Shown: positions 57,848 to 64,000 of the stretch, in pieces | Layout: each line of letters starts with the position of its first letter | How positions within the stretch are numbered: position 1 is the first letter of the stretch | DNA from: Octopus vulgaris | Lineage: Eukaryota | Length of the DNA: 64,000 nucleotides | Direction: 5' to 3' | Assembly: GCA_951406725.2 (NCBI GenBank) | Contig: OX597823.1 | Span: 2,914,001-2,978,000 of the forward strand | Made by a program: the position numbers and the translations under genes | Notes under the pieces: generated by a model | Seen by the model: only the letters and a program-made list of their open reading frames with translations | Told to the model about the DNA's origin: nothing | Database searches by the model: none

Positions 57848-58517
57848 AAACAATTTTTAAAATATGCTAAGCCACTGGTTTTAATTGATTAATATCAATT
57901 TCTACCCTTCTTATTTAATGTTATGTATATAGGGTTAGGGTTAGGGTTAGAGGTTGGAATAACCCTAAAGGGATAAAAAATATCCGTTTTGCTACCGATA
58001 TAATTGCCTATGTTAACCCTGGGCATACATATGCATGCATATTATTATGATTACTCGTAAACTTTATGCACTATCACTCCCTCTTTTTCTAGACCTGGCG
58101 TATTCCGTTATGGTATAGTATTTATATTACGTTTTTATTATTTATACAGCTTGTTACCCCTAAAGAAAGATGAACCCACCAATTAATATTTCTAGTTTAG
58201 TCATTTACTCAACGTCCTGTAGCGTTACACTGCAAATTGGTATGATTTTAACATATCAACCCTTCGTTCTTCTTCTCAAGGCTCTTCCACTTTCTTTTCT
58301 TATCGTTTATGTATTTTTCTTCACTCTGATGAAGCTCCATGTTCCATATCGAATGTGTTACAAAATACGACGAATATTATTCTCAGAATTTTCAATAGCA
58401 ACACCCTAGGACATTGGGAGCAGAAACAGCTGTTAGATAGGAGAAAGTTTTGTATTAAAAAATAATAATCGATATTAGTCAGTTGTTGTCGATCAAGGTT
58501 TCTCCATTTTCTGCTTA

Positions 58518-58613
<96 letters not shown>

Positions 58614-58684
58614 ATGTATGTATAAGTTTAGGATTATGCCACTCGCCAATAGTTTTTAAATCTCTCACCAATTATTATATTCTT

Positions 58685-58885
58685 TCCTACTCTAGGCATA
58701 AGACCCGAAATTTTTGGGAAGGGGGCCAGTCGATTACGTCGACTCCAGTATGCAACTGGTACTTAATTTATCGACCCCGAATGGATGAAAGGCAAAGTCG
58801 ACGTCGGAGGAATTTGATCTCAGAATGTAAAGACTGACGAAATACCACTAAGCATTTCGCCCGGTGTGCTAACGATTCTGGCAGC
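58685..58885 (-). mobile_element. SINE family B
   Basis: Reverse core and head. Confidence 0.8.
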
Positions 58886-59313
58886 CCTTACCAGTTATTA
58901 TAATCGTAGAAGGACTTTTATCTTCAAGAAAACTTCGCGAAAACAATTTGGACGTTTACAAAATTTCGCTACTGATGTTGTTGTTTTGTGTATATGTGGT
59001 GTGTGTGTGCGCGCGCGCGCGTGAGAGAGAGAGAGAGTGAGAAAGGAAGAGTGAGAGAGACGATCGCTGGTGCGTGAAAAGTAAGATTTCCAACGAGCTT
59101 TGCCAGAAACTATGTGGGATGTCCAATTATTTTATCTTTTACTTTTATATATTTCATCAATGGAAAAAATATGAACATTACAACATCGCTTCTCTATTAA
59201 AAATGTGAAATCATTCGTTGACAGATCACAAAGTCTCAAACAATCGAATTTATTGCACTCATGACACACGCTCTCTCACTCCCCCCCACACACATGCTCA
59301 CAGGTAAGATAGT

Positions 59314-59355
<42 letters not shown>

Positions 59356-59670
59356 TTGAGTACATAATGTGAGTGTATGTGAATTCATAATACAATTTCC
59401 GCCCGTAACCACCTCTACATATACACTCGTTCTGTTACAGGAAACAACGAACGATTGTCTAATTGAGACGGTTTACGTCACACGTACGTTACACAAAAAC
59501 TCCAGGGCCATATAAGACACTTCTAAATGGTCGCTCGACCGCCAAAAAATAGCAACCAAATAGTCCTCCAACTAAACACTTCCCTCTATGGCGGAATTGG
59601 ATTAAATCTGATTCTCTTTTATTGAAAAACGGCAATGCCAGTATTTGTTTATTATTTCTGAAGGTGAAAA

Positions 59671-60040
59671 CGCGGCGAGCTGGCAGAATCGTTAGCTGCC
59701 TGGGCAAAATGTTTAGCGTATTTCTTCGGATTTAACGTTCTGCGTTCAAATTCCGCCGAGGTCGACTTTGCCTTTCATCCTTTCGGGGTCAATAAAAATA
59801 AGCACCAGTTGAACATTAGGGTCGAGATAATAGATTGAGCTCACCCCAAAATTTCAGGCCTTGTGCCTATTATGGTAAGGATTATTTCTTAAGGTGAAAC
59901 GTGGATCTTCAAAACAACATGGTTCTGGGTTTAGTCCCACTGCGTAGCACCTTGGGCAAATGTCTTCTACAATAAATTTGGGCCGACCAAAGCCTTGTGG
60001 GTGAATTTGGTAGACGTAAACTGAAAGAAGCATGTTGTGT
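59671..60040 (+). mobile_element. SINE family B followed by partial family A
   Basis: GCGGCGAGCTGGCAGAATCGTTAG head plus core; then GGTTCTGGGTTTAGTCCCACTGCGTAGCACCTTGGGCAA. Confidence 0.8.
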
Positions 60041-60041
60041 T

Positions 60042-60122
<81 letters not shown>

Positions 60123-60123
60123 G

Positions 60124-60202
<79 letters not shown>

Positions 60203-60230
60203 TGATGGATGGATGGATAGATAGATAGAT

Positions 60231-61677
60231 AACTTTTTATTGTGGCCACACAGGGCTAAACACAGAATAAAAATGGACGAAATACAATGTAGAGTTTTTT
60301 CTTTTCGAGGTGGGATGGGTGGGACACAAAGACAAAGAAACGTTCGATCAATAGGGATCTGTGGGTTGTGTGGTGTATAAAAATATAATATATATATATA
60401 TAAATAAAGTTCACAGTTTAGGTGTAGCCTTGGAAAGAAAAACCTACAAAAAAGTCCAAGGTCACCTCAGACAGTTCGAAAATGAACACATGATAAGTCG
60501 CCTTACCTCTCGTTGTCTCTTTTGGTCACAGATTTACGCTTAAAATAGTGTTGTCTTTCATACTGACCATTTTTGCCACTTTTACCCACTTTTTATTAAA
60601 ATATTCGTTCGACAAAGCCTTCCTCTCTATTCTCATCCTCCTTTTCAAGTGGTACTTGAAAAAGTTGACGAGAGACTGACCAGAAAGGTAAGTGTTTGTT
60701 TGCAGTCCTTTCAAACGCGTCCACCACACACATTCTTTCGCCATAGCCATCAGCATAACGAAAACCGTTTCCCTTCCCGTTTAAAGGAAGGTGGTGGAAC
60801 AATATTCACGATAGACTCGGCCGATAAGCGGGCCCGTCCTACACGCGACAACAGCTGTTCGACGAAGGTCCACAGCTCTGAAATATCTGGACACTGCACG
60901 AGTGCGTGCAGAACGGTTTCGTCGCTCTGACCGCATCTCGGGCAGGTCGGTCCGGTGATGGTTTTCGAACCGTGCCTGTAGCTCTTCTCTCGAACAGGTA
61001 GTGCGTCTCGATAGCATTGCCAAGCCAGGGATTTCTGGAAGTTATCCATAGGCCCCGGCCGAACGTCGTCCTGAACAGGCGGGTTAGGAATTTCTCGTCG
61101 ACGCCCAGGTTTGCCCCGAGTGTGTCGTCGGACCTCCCCTCCACTAGTCCTCTATAGAACGCTTCAGTCGTTTGTAAGTTGCACAAGTTTGACCCCGGTC
61201 GGCAGAGCTGCTGTAGAGCTTGGCAACACTCTCGGTGCCAATCGCCCAGTTTCGGTCTCTTCCTGATCCACGTTTGCAGTTCGGTCAGTGAGACGAGCTG
61301 CGGGAAGGCGCGCTTCACAAACGGCGCCCACACCTGTTCACCGTCGTCGATGAATTTCCAGAGATGTCTCAGTCTCAGCGCATGCCTGCGCATCATCAAC
61401 CACGGCATGCCTAGTCCTCCATTCAACGGATATCGACAGCAAATGGACCTCCTCACCATTGGAACGCCACCCTTCCACAGGAAGCGGAAGAGTATGCATT
61501 CCAGTTTGGTGATGGTGGCGTCGGGACAGGGCACGACGGTTAGGCGGTAATCGATGACTGATGCGATGTACGCGTTCGCCACCTCCGCCCGACCTTTTAG
61601 AGACAGCTTTCTCTCGGCCCATGTTTGGCTGAGAGCGACCACTCTACTCGTGATCTCGTCCCTGTTCTTATCCATTG
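60231..61677 (-). mobile_element. Tx1/L1-clade LINE, 5'-truncated, 3' end in (GATA)n
   Basis: W..RKLSLKGRAEVAN, FRFLWKG, GGLGMP, CPRCGQSDETVLHALVQCP; diverged paralog of 30685-31566. Confidence 0.92.
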
Positions 61678-61679
61678 AA

Positions 61680-61719
61680 GTAGTGAAGTGAAAGCACGCT
61701 ATAAAAATAAGACTACTGA
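61680..61719 (+). mobile_element. 40-bp extreme 3' end of family X RLE element
   Basis: GTAGTGAAGTGAAAGCACGCTATAAAAATAAGACTACTGA matches 36071-36110, followed by (ATA)n. Confidence 0.85.
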
Positions 61720-61734
61720 ATAATAATAATAATG

Positions 61735-62400
<666 letters not shown>

Positions 62401-62403
<3 letters not shown>

Positions 62404-63208
62404 CAACAAGAAACTACCAGGCCAATATATTAAAGATCAGCAGCAGTCCAATGTGTCGTGTATGCCGACAACAAAATGAAACCATAGATCATGTGGTCTC
62501 CAAGTGCAGTCTTCTAGCGCCTATACAGTATCTCAACAGGCACGATAGAGCTGCACAATATATTCACTGGGTAATCTGCAAAAACCTGGATTTGCACCAT
62601 GAAAAAAACTGGTGGGAACACAAACCACCCCCAGTGCTTCAAAATGACCATATCTCACTCCTCTGGAACTTCACCATTCAAACTGACAGAAAGATAGATG
62701 CAAATAGGCCAGACATCATATTGAAAGACTTCAAACAAAGAAAATGCCTCCTCATTGATATGACTGTCCCAATCGATATAAACGTATCTGTCAAGACCTA
62801 CCAAAAACTGAGCAAATATAAAGATCTTGAAATAGAAATCAGCAAAATGTGGAAGCTGAAGACTAAAACAATACCTGTTGTCAAAGGTGCCCTGGGAATG
62901 ATAGCAAAAGGGGCTGATAACTACCTAACTCAGATACCAGGAAATCCCAAAATGTTAGAAATTCAAAAGATAGTGCTGATGGGAACTGCTCATATCCTAC
63001 GCAAAATACTTTCTATGTAATCTCAAGGTTTAAAACAAACATTTTATTTATTTATTTTTTTTTAGACATCCACCAGTACAACACAAAAAACAACCAAATA
63101 TATGGCACACTAGGCATAACAACAACGTGAACTTCCAATCTGTTGTCTCTTGAGGTCTCTGGGTGAGACTTGGAGCCAACTTGTACAAATATAAAGCAAA
63201 AGTCAAAC

Positions 63209-63211
<3 letters not shown>
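62401..63211 (+). mobile_element. R4/Dong-like RLE element (family W), 5'-truncated, inside (TAA)n
   Basis: Open frame CRVC..HVVSKC..RHD..RPDII..LIDMTVP..KLSKY; 3' UTR distinct from family X. Confidence 0.92.
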
Positions 63212-63278
<67 letters not shown>

Positions 63279-63424
63279 AAGAAGAAGAAGAAGAAGAAGA
63301 AGAAGAAGAAGAAGAAGAAGAAGAAGAAGAAGAAGAAGAAGAAGAAGAAGAAGAAGAAGAAGAAGAAGAATGATAATGATAATAACGGTAATGATAAAGA
63401 TGATAATGTAACTAGTGATAATAA

Positions 63425-63940
63425 CAGGTAGCTACAATAGGAAGGCTGAGCCGGTTGTAACTGTAGAGGGGATAGGGAACGTGCTTTTAATAAATCATGT
63501 TTAGAAAGGAACATAGTATATGAATGTACTGTAGTAACCCGGGACAAAATTTACGAGTACATAGGTTGCATTGCCACGACATTTAAGCTCCGATATTACA
63601 ACCACATCTCGTCCTTTCGGCATAAAAATAAAGACAATGGGACACCACTTAGCAAGCTAATATGGCAACTTAGGAAAAACAGGAATATAAGCAAAAATGG
63701 TGAATCCTCGGTAGAGCTAAACCATACAAAATAGGCAGAAGTAGATGTGAACTTTGCATAAAGGAGTCATTCCAAATCCTAACATCAGTGGTAATCACAT
63801 TAACCGTTGGCAGGAATTAGCGAAACGATGCAAGAATTTCTATAATGAATCATTCAACAGATTCCCTAGTTAAATGTAATAATATAGTGAGAAGCATGGG
63901 TCGGGATGGATATGATGCTTAGGGGATAAATGGGAATTAC
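63425..63940 (+). mobile_element. Penelope-like GIY-YIG endonuclease relic
   Basis: CLERNIVYECTV..YIGCIATTFKLRYYNH..LSKLIWQL..CELCIKE. Confidence 0.8.
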
Positions 63941-63985
<45 letters not shown>

Positions 63986-64000
63986 TTTTATTTTTTTATT

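Overview
AT-rich, microsatellite-dense metazoan DNA. The SINE families and repeat landscape strongly suggest an octopus/cephalopod genome (inference from recognition, not a database search). No intact protein-coding gene is present, and most listed ORFs are translations of simple repeats. The window is filled mostly by mobile elements and their relics: R4/Dong-like RLE non-LTR retrotransposons in trinucleotide repeats, two Tx1/L1-clade copies in (GATA)n, CR1-like and RTE LINEs, Penelope-like GIY-YIG elements with hammerhead-ribozyme motifs, five mariner relics, a Helitron derivative, MITEs and two tRNA-SINE families. It also holds a decayed 28S rRNA fragment, a U6 fragment and one plausible host start exon (minus, 44163-44498). 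Most notable: (1) retroelements partition microsatellite types as landing sites; (2) one SINE family carries two alternative tails, one matching the 3' end of the GATA-associated Tx1 LINE; (3) several type I hammerheads have very long stem II inserts, alongside variant-core versions; (4) a U6-SINE chimera and an RLE-RLE chimera joined at an internal (GAA)n. Coordinates were read by eye and may be off by a few bases.
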